From Nemertoderma westbladi (taxonomy: Eukaryota; Animalia; Xenacoelomorpha): 33,057 nt of DNA. Numbering within the stretch: the stretch's first letter is position 1; each line of letters opens with the position of its first letter. The position numbers and the translations under genes were made by a program. Below are positions 11,603 through 23,100 of this stretch, one piece after another. The notes beneath the pieces are model-generated. The model did not search any database, was not told where the DNA came from, and saw only the letters and a program-made list of their open reading frames with translations. The stretch covers positions 1-33,057 of the forward strand of contig JAUCBJ010004788.1 in the NCBI GenBank assembly GCA_032718475.1. The letters run 5' to 3'.

Positions 11603-11851
11603 CCGTGAACCTGGTGAACACGTTTAATATCGACCCGAACACGGGAGTATTGTTTATAGTGAAACCGTTCGACTTCGAGACGGAACCGGCGCCACAAGTA
11701 AAGGTTACAGCCACCGACGGAACCAACAACGATGACGTGGTGTTGACGGTAACCTTAACTAATGTAAACGATAACCATCCCGTATGTGCCTCTTACTTGG
11801 GGGGAATCACTATAGTCGAGAATCTAAAGGCCCAGAACATCGGCGATTTGT
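11603..11851 (+). CDS. Cadherin exon 7 (FDFET...NVNDNHPVC)
   Basis: tttcag / gtgagt. Confidence 0.92.
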
Positions 11852-12235
11852 GTGAGTTCAATATATATTTTAGATAACCCTTTAGAACACCCTTTAAGTT
11901 TTAAAATAAATGAGAAAATTCAAAGTTTTGTAGATAATTATCTCAACTTTAGTCAAACTTTAATAAAAGACAAATTTTATGATATTTTTGGTAACTCGTA
12001 CTGAAACACTTATTTTTCTTTTTTTTCTCGCAGATTTCCATTGGTAGTATGAAAAATAATTCATATATTTAAGTAAAAAAATATGAATTCTGACCCATCG
12101 ATAAAAAACATAAAGTTTGATTCTCATTTATCATTATAATAAAGATAATAATTAATTCATAATATATAATCGTTGGATTATAATAAATTATATATTCATC
12201 CATTAATTATGTATGTTAAATTGCTTTGTTTGTAG

Positions 12236-12411
12236 CCTGTAGCGATGCCGACTCAGACTCCAACACCGATTTTACTTTTGTAATTCCCGCGCCGTACGAC
12301 GCCATCTTTGAGGTGGATACATCCGGGGCTGCCGGCACTCAAACGCTCAAACAAAAAGCCGGTGTGAGTTTCGACTACGAAGCGGAAAAGGGATACTACT
12401 TTGATGTAAAG
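12236..12411 (+). CDS. Cadherin exon 8 (CSDADSD...FDYEAEK)
   Basis: ttgtag / gtaaat. Confidence 0.9.
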
Positions 12412-12574
12412 GTAAATTATTAATAAACCATAATAAATTATAAAATTTATTGAGTAAAACAATGCGACGCTATTGTTTGACACCTGTTAAACAATTGTGA
12501 AAAAATGTTAAACCTGTTAAAAAATTATTAAATTCAATTGAAGTAAAGTTGAGTATAAGCATTCGTGCCGAAAC

Positions 12575-12620
12575 GAAAAATGCCCTGGCTCATGCGAGGA
12601 TCGAACCCACGACATGCGAG
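12575..12620 (-). mobile_element. tRNA-derived SINE head fragment (B-box only)
   Basis: Minus strand reads gtcgtgggttcgatcctcgcatgagcca, a T-arm/B-box; no complete tRNA. Confidence 0.4.
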
Positions 12621-12693
12621 AGATGTGAATTCAATGGAACCACTTACAAAGTTCTGATACTCATCTCAATACTTATTATTTATTATCCCAAAG

Positions 12694-12805
12694 GTTGTTG
12701 ACAAACAAGGTTCAGGGCCAACGCATACGGCGACGGTTCCGGTCTTTATTTCTGTCTCTCCCACAAATGAAGGCGGTCCTCAGTTTAAAACCAATGGAAA
12801 TACTG
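12694..12805 (+). CDS. Cadherin exon 9 (VVDKQGSG...TNEGGPQF)
   Basis: ccaaag / gttagt; phases fit both neighbours. Confidence 0.87.
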
Positions 12806-13393
12806 GTTAGTAATATATTGACTAAAGTTACGTGTAGGCTGTGCTAATGGCGTACCGGAAAATTAAATGATTTAATTTACCACGGTAAATTATTATTGTA
12901 GCTATTACCACATTAGCGAATAGATAACCACATGTAAATCTACCTCATCCACTACTATTTCGAAATTTTTATACAAATATATATATCTGTAATCATTATT
13001 TACATGGGTAAGGTACACAAGTTTAAACCTATTGAATATATCAATGGAGGTCCATGCTAATAACTACAGTAGCTGCCTTCCTCGCTCGGTAAATATAAAA
13101 TTCATCTCAGAACGAACCCAGAATAATGCCAATTTAATTTACTGTATAATAATAAATAGCCTAGTGTAATACTATTTTAAATTTTAATTTATTTTCTCCG
13201 CCACTGTTTGGTGTGGGTTGGGTATAGGTTGAAGGATTCTCCGATTAGCTCTCAGTATCAATTAACTTTTTATGATAAAACTTCCTAAATATTCAGAAAA
13301 TGGTAACGATTAATTAATTAATATTTTACAACTTTACGACATGTTACTTAAGAATAATTAAAAACTAAATTTAAATGTTTTTATTTTCTTCAG

Positions 13394-13641
13394 CTTCCTC
13401 TACTGATGTGTCAGTGAACTACGCGGCGAGTGTCTTGGAGAATCAGATTCCAGGGACCAAAGTCTTCGATCAGGTTTACGTGTACGACGTAGATGACGCA
13501 TCCACCAAGGACGGGATCATAACCTACGAGTTAACTGGTGCGGGGGCGGCAGCCTTCCAGATAGATGTGAACAGCGGGGTCATCTACACCAAGGAGTCCC
13601 TGGATAGAGAGACAACGGCTTCCTACACTTTCGAGATAAAG
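13394..13641 (+). CDS. Cadherin exon 10 (VLENQIPG...SLDRETT)
   Basis: cttcag / gttagt. Confidence 0.93.
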
Positions 13642-13908
13642 GTTAGTAGTTGAAAAGATTCTTCATATGATACGAGAAGAGTTACAACTGGTTAGCCAAA
13701 TCTTTATCAGTTAGCCAATCATATGCGTTTAAAAGTATTGAAGAATTTCTGGTGGGAAATTTAAAATAGATTTTCCGTTAGACTGATTAAAGATTGTGAT
13801 ATTGTAGGCCCATTTTCTGATTATAGTACAGTAAGTCATTGTAGGCCTGCCGTCTGTGTCTTCAGTTTGTATACATACCGGTATTCAATCCCGTGTAATG
13901 TTACCTAG

Positions 13909-14113
13909 GCTAGTGACGGTAATAGCATCTCCAAAACTCAGAATATCGATGTCACCGTACTGGATGTCAATGACAATGCCCCGGACTTTGGCGCGGCGGC
14001 TGTTTACTTCAACGTTGACGAGATGTCTACAGCAGATATCCACGACTTTAGTCCAACGTCTGATGCTGACGCAGCTACTGATGACAACAACGTAATCAAC
14101 TTTTCTTTAGAAG
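13909..14113 (+). CDS. Cadherin exon 11 (ASDG...LDVNDNAPDF)
   Basis: acctag / gtaatg. Confidence 0.92.
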
Positions 14114-14462
14114 GTAATGTTAGGTATATGCATTGTATATTTCGTATGATATATGCGTAGGGTATTAGTAAGTAAGCCTATGCAAGTAGGATGGAAATTA
14201 TTGAAAATTGTCACTAATAAAAAATCAATAACAAAAAGAAGACAACTTCCATAAGGGGAAATTCGACTCAAATTACAGCTGATTACTGTCAAAAATATAA
14301 CTGTAACCTGTTATATTGTCTTTAGTTTATTGTTTTGATTAGGATAACGTTCCACTAACTTGCTCCTTTCCCTAAATTAAAGCCGAGATGGGATATTTAT
14401 TGTTCCAACTTCCCGTCTCGCTTTAGATTGTTTGCATTAATATATTTTATTTATGTATTCAG

Positions 14463-14734
14463 GGACTGGTGCGTCTGACTTTGTCATCCACCCCACAACC
14501 GGTATATTCAAGGCTGCTGCCACGGGAATTGATTACGAGGCTGGAGTGACGAGTTACAAACTCACCGTGGTTGCTAAGGACCGGGCTGGGGACGCCACCA
14601 AGAACCCCCTGGTAACGCGTCACACGGTCGTGGTGCGAGTGAAGCCTATTAATGAAGCCACACCCGTAATAACTGCCCCGGCAGGGCCAGTTACTGTGTG
14701 CGAGGATGTTGTGGTCGGATACCCGGTTTATACG
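14463..14734 (+). CDS. Cadherin exon 12 (GIDYEAG...PINEATP)
   Basis: attcag / gtaagt. Confidence 0.92.
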
Positions 14735-14879
14735 GTAAGTAGAGTGGGTTCTATGTGCGCGGCTTTGGGTACCTGATATTATAAGGTGAGTGCGTGGGGG
14801 GTTCAGTTTATACAAAGGTATGTTATCGTTGCCCCCCACCCACATATCATTTAATATTTCTCAACTTCATACATTTTAG

Positions 14880-15038
14880 GTTACTGTAACGGATGCTGAT
14901 GAACCACAATGGTTCTTTGACTATTCCGATAACCCAGGCAACTTGAACACGGTAATCACCCAGAGTATCGTGAAATTGTCCTTGTCGGGAACAGATGCCG
15001 GTCTCTTTAAGATACATCCCTTCTCCGGTCAGATTGAG
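14880..15038 (+). CDS. Cadherin exon 13 (VTVTDADEP...FKIHPFSGQIE)
   Basis: ttttag / gttagt. Confidence 0.9.
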
Positions 15039-15189
15039 GTTAGTAACTTTCAAGGTAAAATAAATAATTTTAATTACAAATAAGTTTTGTATTTATAGTC
15101 TCCGCTAAATATAATTATCTTAATGAATTCAAAAATATATATGGGGTCTATTAATTTTCGCAATCACCTATCCGCCGGCCGGTTTCCTT

Positions 15190-16010
15190 TTAAAGAAACG
15201 TCTTGAGAAAGTCAAGGGCTGACCTTTATCCACCAGGCTTATTCTCTCCATAAGCTCGCCAAGGCACAAGATTGTACACTGGCTGGTCCTCACGGCTAAA
15301 CAATATCATGCAAAGCGGAGGTGGTTCCGTTCAAGTGCCAAGCTTTCAGGGAATAGTGACATCCCTCCAATGCTGTAGTATAGAGGTGTGGGTGGATGAA
15401 GATGTGACCATTGTATTTGACACAGTGAACTTGACCTATATAGTTGAACATTCTTTGTGTTTGTGCCACCTTTCCGGATCAGGATCGAGATTATCACTCA
15501 TGGGATCCCGTTTTCCGGGATCGGGATTGCAATTTTGGATTATATTCCTTATTAATTATTTATTATTAAATATTAATTATTAATTGATAGTATATGGCGG
15601 GATTTGGCTTTTGGGTAACACTCACTTTATCTTTCTTACGAAATATTAGTAAGATAAAAAAATATTTAAATTATCTTACAATTGATTACTTGATGGTTTA
15701 CTGACATAAAAATTCGATACAATCAAAACATTTCCGTTCTGCTGGAACTATTTATCAGATATTCAACAAATTTACTTAACTATACTTACTTCGGGACCCC
15801 GGTCAAAAAAGTCGCGATCGGGATCGGGACAGAGATTTAATTTTTTGCCAGGATCCCGGTTTCTCTGGATCGGGATCCCGTTTAAACACTAGCCAACCAG
15901 AGATTTGCTATAGCAGTTAGAGTCCAGCATGGACTTCCATGTAGGAATACTGGTTCTACTGCTGCTCTAAATCATCGAACCTTGTGATTCCGTATTATTC
16001 TATGGGACTT
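15190..16010 (-). mobile_element. RTE-clade LINE 3' remnant split by a nested ~420-bp insertion
   Basis: 15190-15470 and 15893-16010 join to match the copy at 7790-8218. Confidence 0.65.
15471..15892. mobile_element. Non-autonomous element rich in CGGGATC(CCG) motifs
   Basis: Interrupts the RTE remnant; ends in palindrome cgggatcccg followed by tttaaacactag. Confidence 0.5.
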
Positions 16011-16326
16011 CCAAATCCTGGACAGATTATTTATTGCTCCACATGCTTTCCACTTACACCCTCACCTATTCTAAGGTCTTATTCACCTAACATCCGGGTC
16101 CATGATCCCAAGTGTATAGCGGAGAAGTCATCCACATTACCACATAGGCGTTCATAATCTAAAGGAAAATCAGATTACGAGAAAAATAGAGCAGAGCTAT
16201 TCAATATTCACTGTCGTCTATTATTTAGGATCGCATAACCCGATCATGAACGTTAAAACAAAAATTGTTTTCCACATTCAGAACATCTGAGGAAAATAAT
16301 TATTTTCATCACTCTATCACATAAGT

Positions 16327-16493
16327 CCACTCAGCCTTTCATCCACTGGGGTCGATAAAATGAGTACCAGTTAAATGACTGGGAGCAAAACTTGGGATAG
16401 GAGTAGCGCCCACCCCTACCCTCTCGGGTAGCAGCTATCGAAAGAGGAGTCTTCGGGTCGCCTCCGGCTTCGGCCGACTGTTTGCTTGCTTTG
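16327..16493 (+). mobile_element. 5'-truncated SINE with 11-bp TSD
   Basis: ATCACATAAGT at 16316-26 and 16494-504; core actcagcctttcatcc..ggggtcgataaaatgagtaccag resembles conserved metazoan SINE central domains (recalled, not searched); ttgcttgct tail. Confidence 0.75.
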
Positions 16494-16645
16494 ATCACAT
16501 AAGTATGCTACAGTTTACTCAATCCGGTATTAATATATCCCTCCTTCATTCACCCAATTGTGTATCTTACTTACAAATATAAACATTTTATGATAATGTA
16601 ATGTAATATTTTAATATTTACTATATTAATTCTACAACTATAAAG

Positions 16646-16786
16646 GTCGCTCAGGCTTTGGATTACGAGACCAAGACATCCTATTCGCTGACATTGAATG
16701 CTAAAGATAACGCAGGTGGACTTGGTGGCCTTACTGCTGTACCGAAAACTCTTACTGTTAATGTCTGCAACGTTAATGATGTAAAG
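16646..16786 (+). CDS. Cadherin exon 14 (ALDYETK...CNVNDVK)
   Basis: ataaag / gtgagt. Confidence 0.9.
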
Positions 16787-16902
16787 GTGAGTCTTATATG
16801 TCTACAACATAACGTAATGGTGAGTCTTATATGTCTACAACATAACGTAATTGTTAATTTTACTTTTTACGACGTTAATATATACGTCATGTATATTTAA
16901 TG

Positions 16903-16929
16903 TATTATTATTATTATTATTATTATTAA

Positions 16930-16969
<40 letters not shown>

Positions 16970-16988
16970 GTTATATTAATATTATATT
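16903..16988. repeat. (ATT)n microsatellite
   Basis: Directly visible. Confidence 0.95.
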
Positions 16989-17230
16989 CTGTATAGTATC
17001 AACACCTAAAACAATGCTACACATTACACAGTATGCTTAGCTATTATCAAATACCAAAAAACTGTAAAATAATATAGACTGTCTTGGAATAGTGACTTTA
17101 GTCAGGTTTCCAGCTGTCTCTCTAATGGAGTTTATTAGCCATGGGAATCAGTTTGGATGTAGTCGTAGTCCATTAAGGAACCTAGGTCGGGGATTTGAAG
17201 TAATTAGAAGTTAATGAATACACCAGCTGT

Positions 17231-18928
17231 AGGTGTTCTGGTGAGGTGTCCTGGTGAGGTGTCCTGAGGAAATGCCACGGTGAGGTGTCCTGATGAAATG
17301 CCACGGTGAGGTGTCCTAGTAAGGTGTCCTGGTGAGGTGTCCTTGAGAGGTGTCCTGGTGAGGTGCCCGTTGAGGTGTCCTGGTGAGGTGTCCTGGTGAG
17401 GTGCCCTGTTGAGGTGGCCTGGTGAGGTGTCCTGGTGGGGTGCCCTGATGAAATGCCCCGGTGAGGTGTCCTAATAAGATGTCCAGGTGAGGTGTCCTAG
17501 TAAGGTGTCCAGGTGAGGTGCCCTGGTGAGGTGTCCTTGTGAGGTCTCCTGTTTAGGTGTCCTGGTGAGGTGTCCTGATGAAATGCCCCGGTGAGTTGTC
17601 CTAGTAAGGTGTCCTGGTGAGGTGTCCTTGGGAGGTGTCCTGGTGAGGTCCCCTGTTGAGGTGTCCTGGTGAGGTGTCCTGGTGGGGTGCCCTGATGAAA
17701 TGCCCCGGTGAGGTGTCCTTGTAAGGTGTCCAGGTGAGGTGACCTGATGAAGTGCCCCGGTGAGGTGTCCTTGTGAGGTGTCCTGGTGAGGTGCCCTGTT
17801 GAGGTGGCCTTGTGAGGTGTCCTGGTGGGGTGCCCTGATGAAATGCCCCGGTGTGGTGTCCTAGTAAGATGTCTGGGAGAGGTGTCCTAGTAAGGTGTCC
17901 AGGTAAGGTGACCTGATGAAGTGCCCCGGTGAGGTGTCCTTGTGAGGTGTCCTGGTAAGGTGCCCTGTTGAGGTGGCCTGGTGAGGTGTCCTGGTGAGGT
18001 GCCCTGTTGGGGTGGCCTGGTGAGGTGTCCTGGTGGGGTGCCCTGATGAAATGCCCCGGTGAGGTGTCCTACTAAGATGTCCAGGTGAGGTGTCCTAGTA
18101 AGGTGTCCTGGTAAGGTGACCTGATGAAATGCCCCGGTGAGGTGTCCTAGTAAGATGTCCAGGTGAGGTGTCCTTAGTAAAGTGTCCAGGTAATGTGACC
18201 TGATGAAATGCCCCGGTGAGGTGCCCTAGTAAAATGTCCAGGTGAGGTGTCCTAGTAAGGTGTCCAGGTAAGGTGGCCTGGTGAGGTGTCCTGGTGAGGT
18301 GTCCTAGTAAGGTGTCCAGGTGAGGTGTCCTTAGTAAAGTGTCCAGGTAAAGTGTCCTGGTGGGGTGCCCTGATGAAATGCCCCGGTGTGGTGTCCTAGT
18401 AAGATATCCGGGAGAGGTGTCCTAGTAAGGTGTCCAGGTAAGGTGACCTGATGAGTGCCCCGGTGAGGTGTCCTTGTGAGGTGTCCTGGTGAGGTGCCCT
18501 GTTGAGGTGGCCTGGTGAGGTGTCTTGGTGAGGTGCCCTGTTGGGGTGGCCTGGTGAGGTGTCCTGGTGGGGTGCCCTGATGAAATGCCCCGGTGAGGTG
18601 TCCTAGTAAGATGTCCAGGTGAGGTGTCCTATTAAGGTGTCCAGGTAAGGTGACCTGATGAAATGCCCCGGTGAGGTGTCCTAGTAAGATGTCCAGGTGA
18701 GGTGTCCTTAGTAAAGTGTCCAGGTAATGTGACCTGATGAAATGCCCCGGTGAGGTGTCCTAGTAAGATGTCCAGGTGAGGTGTCCTAGTAAGGTGTCCA
18801 GGTAAGGTGGCCTGGTGAGGTGTCCTGGTGAGGTGTCCTAGTAAGGTGTCCAGGTGAGGTGTCCTTAGTAAAGTGTCCAGGTAAGGTGGCCTGGTGAGGT
18901 GTCCTGGTGAGGTGCCCTGGTGAGGTGT
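17231..18928. repeat. 13-nt G-rich minisatellite GGTGAGGTGTCCT, ~130 units with higher-order variants
   Basis: Variants agtaaggtgtcc, gatgaaatgcccc and caggtaagg recur in blocks. Confidence 0.95.
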
Positions 18929-19310
18929 TGTAATTGGTGATGAGTAATTGTAATTACTAATTGTAATTACTTAGTGATGGTAATTGGTGTAAGGTGTACA
19001 GTTACCACAATGGTCAATCTTGGTAGTTTTGTAAATATGAAGCGCAATACTTACGGGGTACATTGATATTTTGGCACCTGGTTATTTTAAAAAGTGTTCC
19101 AAAGACGCCACAAATTGTTTCGTAAGGATTAAATTTCACATTTATGACTGTAAAAACTTAAACGAAGAAAATAACAGGTACATTTTGTTGTTATCAAACA
19201 CGGTTTGTTGTTATCAAACACAGTTTGTTGAACTATTTGGTTTGTCTAACAATGCGTTACTTGTTGGCAGTACTAACCGACAGTATATCGCGTCCGTTGA
19301 TCTATCGCAG

Positions 19311-19558
19311 CCGATTTGCACCGAAGTTAGTCCGCTGATAACCCGAGAAGACGATACGACGAAGAAAGTGGCGTTATCGTGCGGCGACAGTAGCGAGACG
19401 TTAACTGGCGGGGCCCCCAAGTACCTCATACACAGTATCAACGGGTTGTCTCCCTACACCGCGGGCGGGGTCCAACCTTACACCGGTAATGAGTTCACCA
19501 TAAACGCGGCCAATGAACTCGTAGCAGTGGGACCATTCGATTACGAGACAATCGATAG
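19311..19558 (+). CDS. Cadherin exon 15 (PICTE...PFDYETID)
   Basis: tcgcag / gttagt; joining gives the linker NVNDVK-PIC; TACTAAC at 19271. Confidence 0.87.
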
Positions 19559-19978
19559 GTTAGTGATGAGGGAGTGAAAGCTGAGTACAATACTAGTGAA
19601 AGAATCGAAATTCTGATATTTATGCGTAAAAGATACAGAAAATCAATAAGTTACATATAACTTGTTGCGATTTCGAAAATTGCAATTAATAATATTAACT
19701 GTGTCTTAACATCTTCAGTGTTATGTTGTATATTAACATAAAATGCATCTGGCACACTGGTTTTTACTATGATAGTGTTATTATTATTAAATTGTATTTT
19801 ACAATTTTTATATTGTGGTACACAGGAGACAATAAAAGAGTTCATATTTGTTTATTGATTTGATTTATTGAATCTTATTTAGTGGTAGAAATTCAAATAT
19901 TACTTTTATTATCTCGGGAAATAAAGTATTTTTTTCCCAGGAAATAAAGTAATGACTGATGTTATCTTTACCTAACAG

Positions 19979-20169
19979 ATATAATCTCCTTGTCCATTTT
20001 ATCGACGACGATGGTGGTACAATAGCTCACACGGCCACCCTCCAGGTTCTTGTCTTTATTACCGATGTTATTGAGGAAACTCCAGTTATTTCTAACCTTC
20101 CGGCCAACATTGATATGCCTGAATCTACCGTGGTTGATACTGTTATTGTAGACGCCGACTCTAAACTGG
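19979..20169 (+). CDS. Cadherin exon 16 (YNLLV...MPESTVVDTVIVDADSKL)
   Basis: taacag / gtaagt; phase 2 to 1. Confidence 0.88.
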
Positions 20170-23100
20170 GTAAGTGGAATCTACCGTGGTTGATACTGTT
20201 ATTATAGACGCCGACTCCAAACTGGGTAAGTGGAATCTACCGTGGTTGATACTGTTGGTGTAGACGCCGACTCCAAACTGGGTAAGTGGAATCTACCGTG
20301 GTTGATACTGTTGGTGTAGACGCCGACTCCAAACTGGGTAAGTGGAATCTACCGTGGTTGATACTGTTGGTGTAGACGCCGACTACAAACTGGGTAAGTG
20401 GAATCTACCGTGGTTGATACTGTTGGTGTAGACGCCGACTCCAAACTGGGTAAGTGGAATCTACCGTGGTTGATACTGTTGGTGTAGACGCCGAATCCAA
20501 ACTGGGTAAGTGGAATCTACCGCGGTTGATACTGTTATTGTAGACGCCGACTCCAAACTGGGTAAGTGGAATCTACCGTGGTTGATACTGTTGGTGTAGA
20601 CGCCGACTCCAAACTGGGTAAGTGGAATCTACCGTGGTTGATACTGTTGGTGTAGACGCCGACTCCAAACTGGGTAAGTGGAATCTACCGTGGTTGATAC
20701 TGTTATTGTAGACGCCGACTCCAAACTGGGTAAGTGGAATCTACCGTGGTTGATACTGTTGGTGTAGACGCCGACTTCAAACTGGGTAAGTGGAATCTAC
20801 CGTGGTTGATACTGTTGGTGTAGACGCCGACTCCAAACTGGGTAAGTGGAATCTACCGTGGTTGATACTGTTGGTGTAGACGCCGACTACAAACTGGGTA
20901 AGTGGAATCTACCGTGGTTGATACTGTTGGTGTAGACGCCGACTCCAAACTGGGTAAGTGGAATCTACCGCGGTTGATACTGTTATTATAGACGCCGACT
21001 CCAAACTGGGTAAGTGGAATCTACCGTGGTTGATACTGTTGGTGTAGACGCCGACTCCAAACTGGGTAAGTGGAATCTACCGTGGTTGATACTGTTGGTG
21101 TAGACGCCGACTTCAAACTGGGTAAGTGGAATCTACCGTGGTTGATACTGTTGGTGTAGACGCCGACTCCAAACTGGGTAAGTGGAATCTACCGTGGTTG
21201 ATACTGTTGGTGTAGACGCCGACTCCAAACTGGGTAAGTGGAATCTACCGTGGTTGATACTGTTGGTGTAGACGCCGACTCCAAACTGGGTAAGTGGAAT
21301 CTACCGTGGTTGATACTGTTATTGTAGACGCCGACTCCAAACTGGGTAAGTGGAATCTACCGTGGTTGATACTGTTGGTGTAGACGCCGACTTCAAACTG
21401 GGTAAGTGGAATCTACCGTGGTTGATACTGTTGGTGTAGACGCCGACTCCAAACTGGGTAAGTGGAATCTACCGTGGTTGATACTGTTGGTGTAGACGCC
21501 GACTCCAAACTGGGTAAGTGGAATCTACCGTGGTGGATACTGTTGGTGTAGACGCCGACTCCAAACTGGGTAAGTGGAATCTACCGTGGTTGATACTGTT
21601 GGTGTAGACGCCGACTCCAAACTGGGTAAGTGGAATCTACCGTGGTTGATACTGTTGGTGTAGACGCCGACTCCAAACTGGGTAAGTGGAATCTACCGTG
21701 GTTGATACTGTTGGTGTAGACGCCGACTCCAAACTGGGTAAGTGGAATCTACCGTGGTTGATACTGTTATTATAGACGCCGACTCCAAACTGGGTAAGTG
21801 GAATCTACCGTGGTTGATACTGTTATTGTAGACGCCGACTCCAAACTGGGTAAGTGGAATCTACCGTGGTTGATACTGTTGGTGTAGACGCCGACTCCAA
21901 ACTGGGTAAGTGGAATCTACCGTGGTTGATACTGTTGGTGTAGACGCCGACTCCAAACTGGGTAAGTGGAATCTACCGCGGTTGATACTGTTATTATAGA
22001 CGCCGACTCCAAACTGGGTAAGTGGAATCTACCGTGGTTAATACTGTTGGTGTAGACGCCGACTCCAAACTGGGTAAGTGGAATCTACCGCGGTTGATAC
22101 TGTTATTATAGACGCCGACTCCAAACTGGGTAAGTGGAATCGACCGTGGTTGATACTGTTGGTGTAGACGCCGACTCCAAACTGGGTAAGTGGAATCTAC
22201 CGTGGTTGATACTGTTGGTGTAGACGCCGACTCCAAACTGGGTAAGTGGAATCTACCGTGGTTGATACTGTTGGTGTAGACGCCGACTCCAAACTGGGTA
22301 AGTGGAATCTACCGTGGTTATTACTGTTATTGTAGACGCCGACTCCAAACTGGGTAAGTGGAATCTACCGTGGTTGATACTGTTGGTGTAGACGCCGACT
22401 CCAAACTGGGTAAGTGGAATCTACCGTGGTTGATACTGTTGGTGTAGACGCCGACTCCAAACTGGGTAAGTGGAATCTACCGCGGTTGATACTGTTATTA
22501 TAGACGCCGACTCCAAACTGGGTAAGTGGAATCTACCGTGGTTGATACTGTTGGTGTATAGACGCCGACTCCAAACTGGGTAAGTGGAATCTACCGTGGT
22601 TGATACTGTTGGTGTAGACGCCGACTCCAAACTGGGTAAGTGGAATCTACCGTGGTTGATACTGTTATTGTAGACGCCGACTCCAAACTGGGTAAGTGGA
22701 ATCTACCGTGGTTGATACTGTTGGGGTAGACGCCGACTCCAAACTGGGTAAGTGGAATCTACCGTGGTTGATACTGTTGGTGTAGACGCCGACTCCAAAC
22801 TGGGTAAGTGGAATCTACCGTGGTTGATACTGTTGGTGTAGACGCCGACTCCAAACTGGGTAAGTGGAATCTACCGTGGTTGATACTGTTGGTGTAGACG
22901 CCGACTCCAAACTGGGTAAGTGGAATCTACCGTGGTTGATACTGTTGGTGTAGACGCCGACTCCAAACTGGGTAAGTGGAATCTACCGTGGTTGATACTG
23001 TTGGTGTAGACGCCGACTCCAAACTGGGTAAGTGGAATCTACCGCGGTTGATACTGTTATTATAGACGCCGACTCCAAACTGGGTAAGTGGAATCTACCG

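Noticed and set aside
3560-14845. Short antisense or alternate-frame ORFs over exons and the DHHC gene (e.g. 3560-3871, 6314-6565, 10670-10852, 14459-14845)
   Set aside because: Shadows of real + strand coding sequence with no recognisable motifs.
17231-18928. Hammerhead ribozyme or C/D snoRNA suggested by recurring CTGATGA/GAAA
   Set aside because: GAAA overlaps CTGATGA (ctgatgaaat) with no stem II between, and no terminal stem or proper RTGATGA box is evident.
19930-19940. Strong acceptor tttttttcccag as the start of exon 16
   Set aside because: In phase 2 it reads AGG AAA TAA (stop); AG 19977-78 keeps the frame.
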